A DNA stretch of 64,000 nucleotides from Eubacteriales bacterium (GCA_045594565.1 JAZNYT010000054.1:734-64733), one strand, 5' to 3'. Positions 8,805-18,448 are shown, counted from the first letter of the stretch. Program-made: numbers and translations. Notes: generated by a model from the letters alone, not told the origin.

Positions 8805-9686
8805 ATGGAAAAAGTAATATCAAAGGAAGCTATTTCTATAATCAAGAAAATGCAGCAAAACGAGCTTACCGAAAGCGTAATTTACCGTGAGATTGCAAAA
8901 TTCGCCAAAGGAGAAGAAAACCGCGCAACACTCCTTCGGCTTTCTGCCGAGGAGAAGGCACACTATGAAATATGGAAGAAGTACACGGGTGCTGAGCTTA
9001 AGGTACAAAAGGGAAAGGTCATGAAGTACAAGCTTCTCGCAAGGCTTCTCGGATTTACCTTTGCGGTAAAGCTTATGGAAAAGGGTGAGTCTCTTGCACA
9101 AAAGGAATATGAGATAATCACATCCGAGGTAGAGGAAAGCGTACATATTAAAGAGCAGGAGGAGGAGCATGAGGCGGCACTCCTTGAATTGCTTGATGAG
9201 GAAAGACTTCAGTACGTGGGAAGCATGGTGCTTGGTATGAACGATGCTCTCGTTGAGCTCACAGGCTCTCTTGCAGGCTTCACCTTCGCTATGCAGAATA
9301 CAAGACTTATAGCTCTGTCGGGTCTCATTATGGGAATTTCCGCAACCTTTTCCATGGCATCCAGTGAGTTCCTTGCGGCAAAGAGCGAGGGTAGAAAGGA
9401 CGCATTCAAGTCCTGTGCATATACGGGAATCGCATATCTTATTACGGTAGCGCTTCTTATTTTACCTTATCTTCTTCTCGACAACTCACAGTATATGACC
9501 GCTCTTTTCTCGATGATAGGAGTAGTTATTCTCATAATTGCAGGCTTTACCTACTATATTTCGGTAGCCAAGGGCGAAAGATTCAAGCCGAGATTTCTTG
9601 AAATGACTCTTATCAGCGTTGGCGTTGCAGTGGTTTCATTCTTTGTTGGAATTCTTGCAAAAGAGTTCCTTGGTGTAGATTTATAA
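8805..9686 (+). CDS. ferritin-like domain fused to VIT1/CCC1-family iron/manganese transporter
   Basis: The N-terminal roughly 140 aa is a rubrerythrin/ferritin-like four-helix region with ExxH-type pairs (EEKAHYEIW, EEEHEAAL). The C-terminal membrane half has the VIT1 motif GMNDALVELTGSLAG. Confidence 0.7.
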   Translation: MEKVISKEAISIIKKMQQNELTESVIYREIAKFAKGEENRATLLRLSAEEKAHYEIWKKYTGAELKVQKGKVMKYKLLARLLGFTFAVKLMEKGESLAQKEYEIITSEVEESVHIKEQEEEHEAALLELLDEERLQYVGSMVLGMNDALVELTGSLAGFTFAMQNTRLIALSGLIMGISATFSMASSEFLAAKSEGRKDAFKSCAYTGIAYLITVALLILPYLLLDNSQYMTALFSMIGVVILIIAGFTYYISVAKGERFKPRFLEMTLISVGVAVVSFFVGILAKEFLGVDL

Positions 9687-9687
9687 T

Positions 9688-10209
9688 ATGTTTATTATAA
9701 TCAGAATACTCGGAATGGTGGGACTTGCACTCGGACTTCTTGCCTTTCTGTTCAGACATCATAAGCAGATTGTAATGTGTAAGATGTTTTCGGTGCTTTC
9801 CTTTTCTATGCAATATTTTCTTATAGGTCCTTCTGCATATACTGCGGCGCTTCTTGACCTGTTTTCAGCTATTCGTAATTTTTTCTTCTATAGGCTTGTT
9901 GAAAAGAAAAAATCCACAACACCTATTATAATTATTTCATCCGTGGTTATGGCGACACTCGGCATCGTTTCCTGGGCAGGCCCCATAACGCTTCTTGCGA
10001 CGATACCGAAGATTATGACCTCCGTTTCCTACGGGCTGAAAAACGAAAAGCTGTTAAGACTCATAACCCTGCCGTCCTGTGTTTGCTGGATTGCCTACAA
10101 TCTTATTGTGAAAAACTATGAGGCGGCAATAGGAGATTTTGTAAACTTCTCCACAATCATTTTTGCAATAATCAAATACGACGTAATAGAAAGAAGAGAG
10201 AAAGCGTAA
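9688..10209 (+). CDS. YgjV-like inner membrane protein
   Basis: 173 aa with about five TM helices. The overall pattern resembles YgjV-family proteins. Starts 1 nt after the upstream gene. Confidence 0.5.
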   Translation: MFIIIRILGMVGLALGLLAFLFRHHKQIVMCKMFSVLSFSMQYFLIGPSAYTAALLDLFSAIRNFFFYRLVEKKKSTTPIIIISSVVMATLGIVSWAGPITLLATIPKIMTSVSYGLKNEKLLRLITLPSCVCWIAYNLIVKNYEAAIGDFVNFSTIIFAIIKYDVIERREKA

Positions 10210-10223
10210 GCCTTCTCTCTTCT
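10192..10223. terminator. hairpin between convergent genes (possible bidirectional terminator)
   Basis: Perfect 11-bp stem agaagagagaa/ttctctcttct with a 10-nt loop spanning the YgjV-like stop codon. There is no clean U-tract on either side. Confidence 0.35.
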
Positions 10224-10234
10224 TCCCATATATA

Positions 10235-11263
10235 CTATAAAATTTCTGCCATATCAAGTATGAGTCTTTCGGTCTTTTCCCAGCCGAGACATGGGTCGGT
10301 TATGGATTTCCCCCATACGTTTTCACCTATCTTCTGTGCTCCGTCCTCAATGTAGCTTTCAATCATAAAGCCCTTTACCAGCTTCTTTATATCACTGTTG
10401 TGACGGCAGGAGTGGAGCACCTCCTTTGCGATACGTGTCTGTTCGAGATACTTTTTTCCTGAATTTGAGTGGTTCGTATCGACGATGAGGGCGGGATTCT
10501 GAAGTCCCGATGCGGCATATGTTTCGGACAGATGCAGAAGGTCCTCGTAGTGATAGTTGGGAATCGCTTCACCGTGACGGTTGACATATCCTCGGAGTAT
10601 GGCGTGAGCGTGGGGGTTACCCTCGGAGTTTACCTCCCAACCTCGATAGATGAAGGTGTGCTTATGCTGTGCGGCGGTAATGGAGTTCATCATAACCGAA
10701 ATATCTCCGCTTGTAGGATTTTTCATACCGACGGGCACGTCGATTCCGCTGGATACAAGGCGGTGCTGTTGGTTTTCTACCGATCTTGCACCGATTGCAA
10801 CGTATCCGAGCACGTCGCTGAGGTATCTGTAGTTTTCGGGATAGAGCATTTCGTCGGCACAGGAAAAGCCTGTTTCGGCAAGTGCTCTCATATGGAGCTC
10901 GCGGATGGCAACGATGCCTTTATACATATCGGGTTTGGAATTGGGGTCGGGCTGATGAAGCATTCCCTTATAGCCGTCTCCTGTTGTACGTGGCTTGTTG
11001 GTGTAGATTCTTGGCACAATGAAAATCTTGTCCTTTACTTTTTCCTGCACCTCGCGTAGTCTTGAAATGTAATCGATAACGCTATCCTCGTTGTCGGCAG
11101 AGCAAGGACCGATAATAAGGACAAGTCTGTCATTTTTTCCTTCAAAAATCTGCTTTAATTCTATTTTACGCTTTTCAACCAAATTCTCAAGCTCAAGGGA
11201 AAGGGGATAAAGCTCCTTTACCTCCTGCGGAATGGGAAGCTTTCTTTCAAAAATCATACTCAT
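10235..11263 (-). CDS. 3-deoxy-7-phosphoheptulonate (DAHP) synthase, class I
   Basis: 342 aa. IIGPCSADNE, KPRTTGDGYKGML and the overall length match AroF/G/H-type DAHP synthases. GAAGGA lies 7 nt upstream of ATG 11263. Confidence 0.85.
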   Translation of the reverse strand: MSMIFERKLPIPQEVKELYPLSLELENLVEKRKIELKQIFEGKNDRLVLIIGPCSADNEDSVIDYISRLREVQEKVKDKIFIVPRIYTNKPRTTGDGYKGMLHQPDPNSKPDMYKGIVAIRELHMRALAETGFSCADEMLYPENYRYLSDVLGYVAIGARSVENQQHRLVSSGIDVPVGMKNPTSGDISVMMNSITAAQHKHTFIYRGWEVNSEGNPHAHAILRGYVNRHGEAIPNYHYEDLLHLSETYAASGLQNPALIVDTNHSNSGKKYLEQTRIAKEVLHSCRHNSDIKKLVKGFMIESYIEDGAQKIGENVWGKSITDPCLGWEKTERLILDMAEIL

Positions 11264-11286
11264 CTTAAAATCCTTCTTTCTTTATC

Positions 11287-11322
11287 AAAAAAATAAACCT
11301 CACTCCGTTACGAGTGAGGTTT
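11287..11322 (-). terminator. intrinsic terminator acting as attenuator in the DAHP synthase leader
   Basis: On the minus strand: 11-bp stem AAACCUCACUC/GAGUGAGGUUU, 6-nt loop, then A-UUUUUUU. It ends about 24 nt before the DAHP synthase start codon. Confidence 0.7.
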
Positions 11323-11344
11323 TTGTTTTCAAAAACTAATATTT

Positions 11345-11440
11345 CTATCTCACAGGTAACTTTTGCACGACGGAATAAGCACAGTAAAAAAATACTGCGC
11401 TAAAATAAAAAAAGAAGCCTGCAAAAATGTTTGTGAACAT
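11345..11440 (-). CDS. candidate Phe/Tyr-rich leader peptide (31 aa)
   Basis: Not in the supplied ORF track because it is too short. ATG 11440 lies 8 nt after AAGGA. It encodes MFTNIFAGFFFYFSAVFFYCAYSVVQKLPVR, with 8 Phe and 3 Tyr in 31 residues. It sits between a consensus promoter and the terminator above. Confidence 0.5.
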   Translation of the reverse strand: MFTNIFAGFFFYFSAVFFYCAYSVVQKLPVR

Positions 11441-11474
11441 AGTTTATTTCCTTTATCGGTTTTTGTTGTGGATG

Positions 11475-11503
11475 ATTATACTCTTAAAATTTTCATTTGT
11501 CAA
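11475..11503 (-). promoter_or_regulatory. consensus sigma-A promoter of the DAHP synthase leader
   Basis: On the minus strand: TTGACA (11503-11498), 17-nt spacer, TATAAT (11480-11475). Confidence 0.7.
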
Positions 11504-11520
11504 TAGCTTTTTTAAAAATT

Positions 11521-13149
11521 TTAAAGTTTTATATTTCTGACTTTTTCACGCAGCCTCAGAACGTGGGGAGGTGATACCGAGAGTTCGTCTATTCCCATTT
11601 CAAGAAAGTCCTTTGTAAGAGAAAGGTCAGCGGCAAGTTCACCGCAGATACCTATCCACGCACCATGGCGGTGGGCATTATCCGACGCCGTACGAATAAG
11701 CCTCATCACTGCCTCGTGATGAGGATTTGAGAATTCCTCAAGCTTCGGGTTCTGTCTGTCACAGGCGAGGGTATACTGGATAAGGTCGTTTGTTCCAACG
11801 CTGAAAAAGTCGAAAAGGGGCGCCAGTCTGTCGCTTATAATTGCGGCGGCAGGTGTCTCTATCATTATTCCAAGCTCAATATCACGGCTATATGCCGTGC
11901 CCTTAGCATCAAGCTCCTTCTTTACATCACCGCATATTTCAAGTATTTTTTCCGCCTCCCATACACTTGCAATCATAGGAAACATTATACCGAGCTTTCC
12001 GAAGGAGGAGGCGGCAAAAAGAGCGCGGAGCTGAGTCCTAAAGATTTCGGGGCGTGTGAGGCAGAGTCTTATGGCACGCAGTCCCAGCGCGGGATTTTCC
12101 TCGTTGTCGAGATTGAAGTATGACACTCTCTTGTCTGCACCAATATCAAGTGTTCTTATTATCACTCTTTTTCCGGGCATTGCAAGAAGCACCTTTTTGT
12201 ATATCTCAAACTGCTCCTCCTCGGTGGGAAAGTCATCCCTTTCCAGATATAAAAACTCGCTTCTGAAAAGTCCTATTCCGCCTGCATCGCTCGCAAGGGC
12301 TGACCCTATATCCTCGGCAGAGCCAATGTTGGCATAAATGTTTATTCTTCTGCCGTCAAGAGTGACGTTTTCCTTTCCTCGAAGGTTCTTTAAAAGCTCC
12401 TTTTTCTCGCGACACGCTTTTTCTTTTTCAAGAAGGCGCATCTTCGTTTCGGCGTCGGGGGATATGAAGATTTCTCCCGTACCCCCGTCCACCGCAACTA
12501 CGTCTCCCTCCTTCACGTTGAGAAGGAAGGAGTCGCCAACTCCGATTACCGCAGGAATATTCATACTTCTCGCTAAAATTGCGGTGTGTGAATTAGAGGA
12601 GCCGTGCGCCGTAATGAAGCCGAGTATCTTGCTTTTGTCAAAAAGCACCGTTTCTGAGGGCGTCAGGTCGTAGGCGCATATTATGGAGGGCTGCGATAGA
12701 TTACTCATACCGTTTGTGTCCTCTGTCATACAAGCGATAAGTCTGTCTGAAACGTCCTTTACGTCAATGGCGCGTGATTTCATATAATGGTCGTCCATAG
12801 AAGAGAACATTTCGGAAAAATTGCTCGACGTGATAGATACGGCGTATTCGGCGTTTACCTTCTGATACTCTATAATGCTCTTTATCGACTCCGAAAAGTC
12901 CTCGTCGTCAAGCATCATTATATGAATCTGGAAAATTTCAGCCCCTGTTTCACCAACCTCGCGAAGCGCTTTCTCATAGATTTCGGATAGTATGGCTTTG
13001 GCTTTCTCACGCGCTTTTTCGAATCGTTTTATTTCCGCTTCTGCATCCTCTATCCCTTTACGGCGTATCTTCGTTTCCTTTTTTTTGAAAACGGTAACGG
13101 GGCCTTGTGCTATAGCACCCGAGATGCCTTTTCCTATAAATTTAAGCAT
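11521..13149 (-). CDS. ptsI: phosphoenolpyruvate-protein phosphotransferase (PTS enzyme I)
   Basis: 542 aa. Has the active-site region GFITAHGSSNSHTAILARSMNIPAV and the C-terminal PEP-utilizer motif FFSVGTNDLIQYTLA. Follows ptsH. Confidence 0.95.
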   Translation of the reverse strand: MLKFIGKGISGAIAQGPVTVFKKKETKIRRKGIEDAEAEIKRFEKAREKAKAILSEIYEKALREVGETGAEIFQIHIMMLDDEDFSESIKSIIEYQKVNAEYAVSITSSNFSEMFSSMDDHYMKSRAIDVKDVSDRLIACMTEDTNGMSNLSQPSIICAYDLTPSETVLFDKSKILGFITAHGSSNSHTAILARSMNIPAVIGVGDSFLLNVKEGDVVAVDGGTGEIFISPDAETKMRLLEKEKACREKKELLKNLRGKENVTLDGRRINIYANIGSAEDIGSALASDAGGIGLFRSEFLYLERDDFPTEEEQFEIYKKVLLAMPGKRVIIRTLDIGADKRVSYFNLDNEENPALGLRAIRLCLTRPEIFRTQLRALFAASSFGKLGIMFPMIASVWEAEKILEICGDVKKELDAKGTAYSRDIELGIMIETPAAAIISDRLAPLFDFFSVGTNDLIQYTLACDRQNPKLEEFSNPHHEAVMRLIRTASDNAHRHGAWIGICGELAADLSLTKDFLEMGIDELSVSPPHVLRLREKVRNIKL

Positions 13150-13157
13150 AAATCACC

Positions 13158-13415
13158 TCAAAGATTTTTTTCAAAAAAGTCCTTTATTGCTACCGCCGCT
13201 TCCTCCTCGTCCTCACCGAGAATACTTATATCGATAACGTCCCCGTTTTTAATACCGAGGGACATGAGCGCCATAAGCTTTGTGGCATCCACTTCTTTCC
13301 CCGCCTTTTTTATAAGCACCTTGCTTTTACACGCCCTTGCGGTTTTGGAAAGAAGACCTGCAGGACGGGCGTGAAGTCCTATTTCGTCTTTTACTTTGTA
13401 TTCAAAGGTTATCAT
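13158..13415 (-). CDS. ptsH: phosphocarrier protein HPr (His15 present; Lys at the Ser46 position)
   Basis: 85 aa with the GLHARPAG His15 motif. In the stretch aligned to B. subtilis KSIMGVMSLG it reads TKLMALMSLG, which puts Lys where Ser46 would be. Confidence 0.9.
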   Translation of the reverse strand: MITFEYKVKDEIGLHARPAGLLSKTARACKSKVLIKKAGKEVDATKLMALMSLGIKNGDVIDISILGEDEEEAAVAIKDFFEKNL

Positions 13416-15454
13416 TATTTCCTCCCGAGCTCACCTATTTCGTCACCAACGGATACCTCTCCCGTCTTTTTTGACTCAAAGGTAAATTCGTCCGAATTTG
13501 TCACTACCATAGGTGTTGTAAGCTTGTATCCGCTTTTACTGATGCCGTTTATATCAAAGGTAATAAGAAGGTCGCCGCGCTTTACCTCCGCCCCTTCCTT
13601 TACCGCTACCTTAAAGTGAAGTCCTTTGAGCTTTACGGTATCAAGACCTACGTGGAGAAGTATTTCGCCGCCATTATCTGTCTTGATATTTATAGCGTGA
13701 GAGGTGTCGAAGACGCTTTCCACCTTGCCGTCGCAGGGGGAAAAGAGCTTGCCCTCTGTGGGAAGAAAGGCGATACCTTCGCCGAGAATACCCTTGGAAA
13801 AGGCTTCATCCTCTACCTTGTCGAGAGGAATTATTTTACCCTTTACAGGAGAGAAAAGGGAAGTGGCTTCATTTTCCTTGTGGGATGAGTCCATATAGGC
13901 TTCGAGCTTTGATTTTACCACCGATACGTGAGGACCGTATATAACCTGAATACCGGTGCCCTTCTTAATTACCCCCGACGCTCCGCTCTTTTTAAGGGCG
14001 CTTTCATCGGCTTTATCGGGATTTTTGAGGGTGACTCTCAGTCTTGTGGCACAGCTATCAAGGTCGGCAATATTATCTTTTCCGCCAAGTCCTTGAAGGA
14101 TAAGAGCGCTCACGTCGTCGCCCTCATGGCGACGCGTCAGATAGTCCTCTTTCGTGTAAAGCTTTGATTCCTCGCCTTCTGCCTCACGACCCGGTGTTTT
14201 AAAGTCGAATTTCTTTATAAGGAAATAGAAAACGAAGTAGTAAATAACTGCATAAACAAGACCTACAAGCACTATCCATATCCAGTTGGTTTTGGAATTG
14301 CCCTGTAGTATACCGAAAAGGGTCAAGTCGATAACCCCTCCCGAAAATGTCATGCCTACGCCGACGTTCAGAATGTGCATCAGCATATAAGAAAGACCTG
14401 CAAGTATACAGTGCACGATATACATAAGAGGGGCAACGAAAAGGAAGGTGAACTCTATCGGCTCTGTAATACCCGTAAGAATTGAGGTGAGAGATGCGGA
14501 GAGAAGAAGTCCTCCCACAAGCTTTTTCTTTTCGGGCTTTGCCGTTTTATACATAGCAAGGGCGGCGGCAGGAAGACCGAAAATCATAAAGGGGAACTTA
14601 CCCGACATAAAACGTGTTGCAGATACCGAGAACACCTCGGTTGCCTTTGAGGCAAGCTCGGCGAAGAAGATGTTTTGCGCACCCTGAACGAGATTACCGT
14701 CGACAAAGACAGCCCCGCCAAGCTCTGTCTGCCAAAAGGGCATATAGAATACGTGGTGAAGTCCGAAGGGAATGAGGGCACGTTCGATGATTCCATATAT
14801 CCAGGTGCCGATATATCCCGAATTCAGAACAAGGTTTCCGAGAGTGGCGATTCCAGTCTGTATAGGCTGCCATATATAGAACATCAGAATTCCGACAACA
14901 AGGTAGGTAAGCGCCGAAATGATAGGTACGAATCTGGTACCGCCGAAGAATGAAAGCACCTGTGGAAGCTTTATGGTATAGAAGCGGTTGTGAAGCGCCG
15001 CAACGCCGAGACCTACGATAATACCGCCGAAAACACCCATCTGAAGCGTTGTGATGCCAAGCACCGAGGCGGTAGTGTTTTCACCGAGTGCTGTCACTCC
15101 GCCGTTTATATTTATAAGGGCGGAAATGGCGGCGTTCATAACGAGAAAGGCGATAGCACCCGACAGAGCGGCAACCTCCTTCTCCTTTTTAGCCATACCG
15201 ATGGCAACGCCGACGGCAAAAAGAAGGGCGAGATTGTCGAAAATGACACTGCCCGTTTTTGCCATAATGTCAAGAATAGAATAAAGTATACTGCCCTGAC
15301 TTATGAGTCCTGTCAGTCCGTATTCCTCAAGAGTTGTGGGATTGGTAAAGGATGATCCTATACCGAGAAGAAGTCCTGCAACGGGAAGGAGCGCTATGGG
15401 GAGCATAAACGATCTGCCTACTCTTTGCAGTACAGAAAAGAATTTGTCCTTCAA
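13415..15454 (-). CDS. PTS glucose/N-acetylglucosamine-family transporter, fused EIICBA
   Basis: 679 aa. N-terminal EIIC (LQRVGRSFMLPIALLPVAGLLLGIG), EIIB cysteine motif (DSCATRLRV), and a C-terminal EIIA-Glc domain (HAINIKTDNGGEILLHVGLDTV). TTG start 9 nt after GGAGG. Confidence 0.9.
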   Translation of the reverse strand: MKDKFFSVLQRVGRSFMLPIALLPVAGLLLGIGSSFTNPTTLEEYGLTGLISQGSILYSILDIMAKTGSVIFDNLALLFAVGVAIGMAKKEKEVAALSGAIAFLVMNAAISALININGGVTALGENTTASVLGITTLQMGVFGGIIVGLGVAALHNRFYTIKLPQVLSFFGGTRFVPIISALTYLVVGILMFYIWQPIQTGIATLGNLVLNSGYIGTWIYGIIERALIPFGLHHVFYMPFWQTELGGAVFVDGNLVQGAQNIFFAELASKATEVFSVSATRFMSGKFPFMIFGLPAAALAMYKTAKPEKKKLVGGLLLSASLTSILTGITEPIEFTFLFVAPLMYIVHCILAGLSYMLMHILNVGVGMTFSGGVIDLTLFGILQGNSKTNWIWIVLVGLVYAVIYYFVFYFLIKKFDFKTPGREAEGEESKLYTKEDYLTRRHEGDDVSALILQGLGGKDNIADLDSCATRLRVTLKNPDKADESALKKSGASGVIKKGTGIQVIYGPHVSVVKSKLEAYMDSSHKENEATSLFSPVKGKIIPLDKVEDEAFSKGILGEGIAFLPTEGKLFSPCDGKVESVFDTSHAINIKTDNGGEILLHVGLDTVKLKGLHFKVAVKEGAEVKRGDLLITFDINGISKSGYKLTTPMVVTNSDEFTFESKKTGEVSVGDEIGELGRK

Positions 15455-15513
15455 TGTTTTTTACCTCCGTAATTGATTACCTATAGTTTTCCTGTAATTC
15501 CACAAATATATAC

Positions 15514-15546
15514 AAAAAAAGTTGCAGTTTTCACTGCAACTTTTTT
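15514..15546 (-). terminator. intrinsic terminator of the GntR-ABC operon
   Basis: Stem gttgcag/ctgcaac with a 6-nt loop, flanked by an A-run and a T-run. Starts 4 nt downstream of the permease stop on the minus strand. Confidence 0.65.
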
Positions 15547-15549
15547 GTT

Positions 15550-17175
15550 TTACTTTATAACCTCTACGTTTTCGCCCTCGCCTGTTTCGTAGCTTGAGGT
15601 CCAGAGGTTGTGGGAGTAGCTGTCGATGAGGTCTTGGATCAGGCTTTCGAGTTCCTCGTAGCCGTCATTTCCCTCGCCGATATATATATGCTCGTAAAAC
15701 TTACTGAAATCGTTTTTGCATTTGACGTTTATAGAGACGGAAATGGTTTCAAGGAAGCTCTCTGTATCGGGGTACTTCTCGTAAATCTCCACTGTACCGC
15801 CGACGTTCACGTCAGCTTTTTCCTTTTCCTTGATGAAATTCCACATGTCGATAATATCTTTTTTCGACTCACTCGAGATACTCTCTACCGTCTCGGAATA
15901 CCAGTCCTCCTCTTCCTCTTCGAAGTTGAAGTCATAGCTTGAATGTCCGTTTTCACGATTTATATTCACGTAGATAGAGGCGCTTTCGATATTCTTTACG
16001 TCAATCTTCGGCTCTTTATACATTCCGAATACGTCGGCAACGAAAACTACACCCAAAAGGATAGTGAGAATAAGGATATACGCCATATGACGGCTTTTCT
16101 TCAGTACTCCCGTAAAGGTCTTGTCGAAGAAGGCGTTGGTGAAAATGAAGGTAAAGAGAAGTGCTATTACGCCACCCACGAAGCACCAGATAATAGAGTC
16201 TGTTATTGCCTCAAAGAAGGTAGCCCCGAGAAGTATCACGTCAAAAGCTAAAAGATACTGTAAAGGTCTTTTCAGAACAGAAAAGGCGATAGGCTTTGAA
16301 GAATTCTCGTTTTTCTTTTTGGTGTAGCATAGGATACCAAGTCCTATCATAAAGAGCGTGCCGAGGGCAAGAAGAACGAAGGATGTCACAGTAAAGGGAA
16401 GCTCGTCTCCTGCTGTTCCCACGATATAGCGTATATAGGGGGATGAGTAGAAATAGACGTGGGGTCTGTGGTCGAGGTAGTCCATAAGACTTGAATTAAA
16501 GAGGACGTTTCCCGAAGCAGCTGTGGCAAGAACGGTTGCGGGAATATAGAAGTTTATAAAGGCAAAGGAGATAAGGGTCGAGAAGATAGTACCCGAAAGG
16601 ATAGCTGCGAGCATTGCAACGGCAATGAAAAGTGCCAGATATAAAAGTGCCGTTCCGAGAGCAGGCAGCTGCATTAAAAGTGTCTTTCCAAAGGTGTAGG
16701 TGGGATATTTTGCGAGAAGGTTTAGGAAGAAAAGACCTATTACCTGAGAAATAAGGACGGTCGCTGCCGTGTTTATAAACGCCGTCAGGTAATTCGCAAT
16801 ATAAATCTCACCTCTTGTCACCGCCATCGAGTGATAAAAGTCGTTACCGCTTTTTTCTCTCATGTAGCCTGTAAGTGCAATTACCGAGAAGAAGGCGAGG
16901 GCGAACACTACCACCATATACATAATGGAGAATACACCGTCCATGCCGAGCATTTCGTCGAAAAGCTGTCTGACGTTTGCGTGATAGTCCTCGTAGGTGG
17001 CAAAGCCTGCTTCAAGCCTCATGGCATAGCGTGCTTCAAGGTCGGATATGGGCATAGCACCTACGATACCGCCGAGAATGGCAATGGCAAGTGCCAGTAT
17101 CATGGGGAGGGAGCGGTTGACGGAGTAGTTATTCCTTATAAGTAAAAGTATTTTCTTAAAGCTTATTTTTTTCAT
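15550..17175 (-). CDS. ABC-2-type transporter permease-like membrane protein with large C-terminal extracytoplasmic domain
   Basis: 541 aa with many TM helices in the first roughly 380 aa and an acidic soluble tail. Overlaps the upstream ATPase gene by 4 nt. Confidence 0.6.
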   Translation of the reverse strand: MKKISFKKILLLIRNNYSVNRSLPMILALAIAILGGIVGAMPISDLEARYAMRLEAGFATYEDYHANVRQLFDEMLGMDGVFSIMYMVVVFALAFFSVIALTGYMREKSGNDFYHSMAVTRGEIYIANYLTAFINTAATVLISQVIGLFFLNLLAKYPTYTFGKTLLMQLPALGTALLYLALFIAVAMLAAILSGTIFSTLISFAFINFYIPATVLATAASGNVLFNSSLMDYLDHRPHVYFYSSPYIRYIVGTAGDELPFTVTSFVLLALGTLFMIGLGILCYTKKKNENSSKPIAFSVLKRPLQYLLAFDVILLGATFFEAITDSIIWCFVGGVIALLFTFIFTNAFFDKTFTGVLKKSRHMAYILILTILLGVVFVADVFGMYKEPKIDVKNIESASIYVNINRENGHSSYDFNFEEEEEDWYSETVESISSESKKDIIDMWNFIKEKEKADVNVGGTVEIYEKYPDTESFLETISVSINVKCKNDFSKFYEHIYIGEGNDGYEELESLIQDLIDSYSHNLWTSSYETGEGENVEVIK

Positions 17176-18077
17176 TTTGTTTCCCCTCCTTTAACACGGC
17201 TTACTTCAAGAGTGAATATTTCGTCAAGAGTGAGGTCAACGCATTCGGAATAAACGAGAGTTACGTCACCGAGAGCGGAGAAAATTCTCTTTTGCACCTC
17301 GTTTTCGTCAAGGGCGGAAATAAAGGTGATAAGCTTTCCGCTGACGTGAGGAAGGGTAGCAAAGCTTGAAATAAAGGATATGTCCGATATAGGCTCGGAG
17401 AATATCATCTGGTATTTGTGCCATCCTTGAACGATATCGTCGATAGTCTTGTGAAGGATGAGCTCACCGCCGTCAATAAGTGCTACGCTGTCGCACACCG
17501 TTTCAATATCCGAAAGATTGTGAGAAGAAAGAACGACAGTTCTGTTATCCTCGGCAACCGACTCGGAAATCATTTTCTTTGCGAAGTCACGGGCTATGGG
17601 GTCAAGTCCGTCGAAGGTCTCGTCAAAGAAAAGGTAATCGGAGCCTGTGGCAATAGAGAGAATAACCTCTCCTTGTCTTTTCATACCCTTAGAGAAGGTG
17701 GAAATTTTTCTCGTTCTTGAAAGTCCTATTTCATCGCACATTTCTTCAAATTTTTCAAATGAGAATTTCGCGAAGAATCTCTTATAGAGCTTTGCCATAT
17801 CGTTCAGTGTGAAGTGGGGGATAAGATACTGCTCATCGGATACGAAGGAAATTCTTTCTTTTATTCTGTCATTCTCAAAAACGTTTTCACCGTCAATGAA
17901 TACGCCACCTCTGTCTGACTTGTATATGCCCGACATTATTCGAAGAAGTGTGGATTTACCCGCGCCGTTGGTACCTATAAGTCCAAGTACCGAGCCTTTG
18001 TTTATGTTCATAGAGATGTCCGAAAGAGAGGTGACGTTGTTGTCATATCTCTTTGTAACAGAGTCGATTTTTATCAT
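17172..18077 (-). CDS. ABC transporter ATP-binding protein
   Basis: Walker A GTNGAGKST, signature-like FSKGMKRQ, Walker B LFFDETFDGLD. Confidence 0.9.
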   Translation of the reverse strand: MIKIDSVTKRYDNNVTSLSDISMNINKGSVLGLIGTNGAGKSTLLRIMSGIYKSDRGGVFIDGENVFENDRIKERISFVSDEQYLIPHFTLNDMAKLYKRFFAKFSFEKFEEMCDEIGLSRTRKISTFSKGMKRQGEVILSIATGSDYLFFDETFDGLDPIARDFAKKMISESVAEDNRTVVLSSHNLSDIETVCDSVALIDGGELILHKTIDDIVQGWHKYQMIFSEPISDISFISSFATLPHVSGKLITFISALDENEVQKRIFSALGDVTLVYSECVDLTLDEIFTLEVSRVKGGETK

Positions 18078-18448
18078 ACGTTGTCCTTTCCGTAAACCTC
18101 GTTTACTTTATTTATAACTGTTTCAAGCTCAACCTCGGCAAGCTTTAATTCAATAAGCGCCTTCTGAAGCTTTTCTATGGCTTCGGTCTTTCTTTTAAGG
18201 CTTATGAGCGAGAGGTCCTCCTCAACGAAGGCGCCCTTTCCCGCTACTGTGTAGATGAGACCTTCTCTTTCAAGCTCACTTATGGCTCTGGCAATGGTAT
18301 TGGGATTTATTCCGAGCTCTGAGGCAAGGGCACGTACCGACGGTATCTGCTCTCCTGCCGACCATACACCGAGAAGTATCTGATTCTTTATCGAGTCTTT
18401 TATCTGCTCCCATATAGGCTTATTGCTTCTGGGGTTTATGGTTATCAT
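18074..18448 (-). CDS. GntR-family transcriptional regulator, short YtrA-like subfamily
   Basis: 124 aa with a winged HTH (IPSVRALASELGINPNTIARAISELEREGLI) and a short coiled C-terminus. It is the first gene of an operon with ABC ATPase and permease, as in ytrA-type loci. Confidence 0.85.
   Translation of the reverse strand: MITINPRSNKPIWEQIKDSIKNQILLGVWSAGEQIPSVRALASELGINPNTIARAISELEREGLIYTVAGKGAFVEEDLSLISLKRKTEAIEKLQKALIELKLAEVELETVINKVNEVYGKDNV

Noticed and set aside
11264-11520. A T-box riboswitch or other riboswitch in the DAHP synthase leader.
   Set aside because: The leader is only about 200 nt. I could not find the T-box sequence (AAUUAGGGUGGUACCGCG-like), AGAGA/GNUGGNA elements or a specifier-loop layout. 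The Phe/Tyr-rich small ORF explains the region better.
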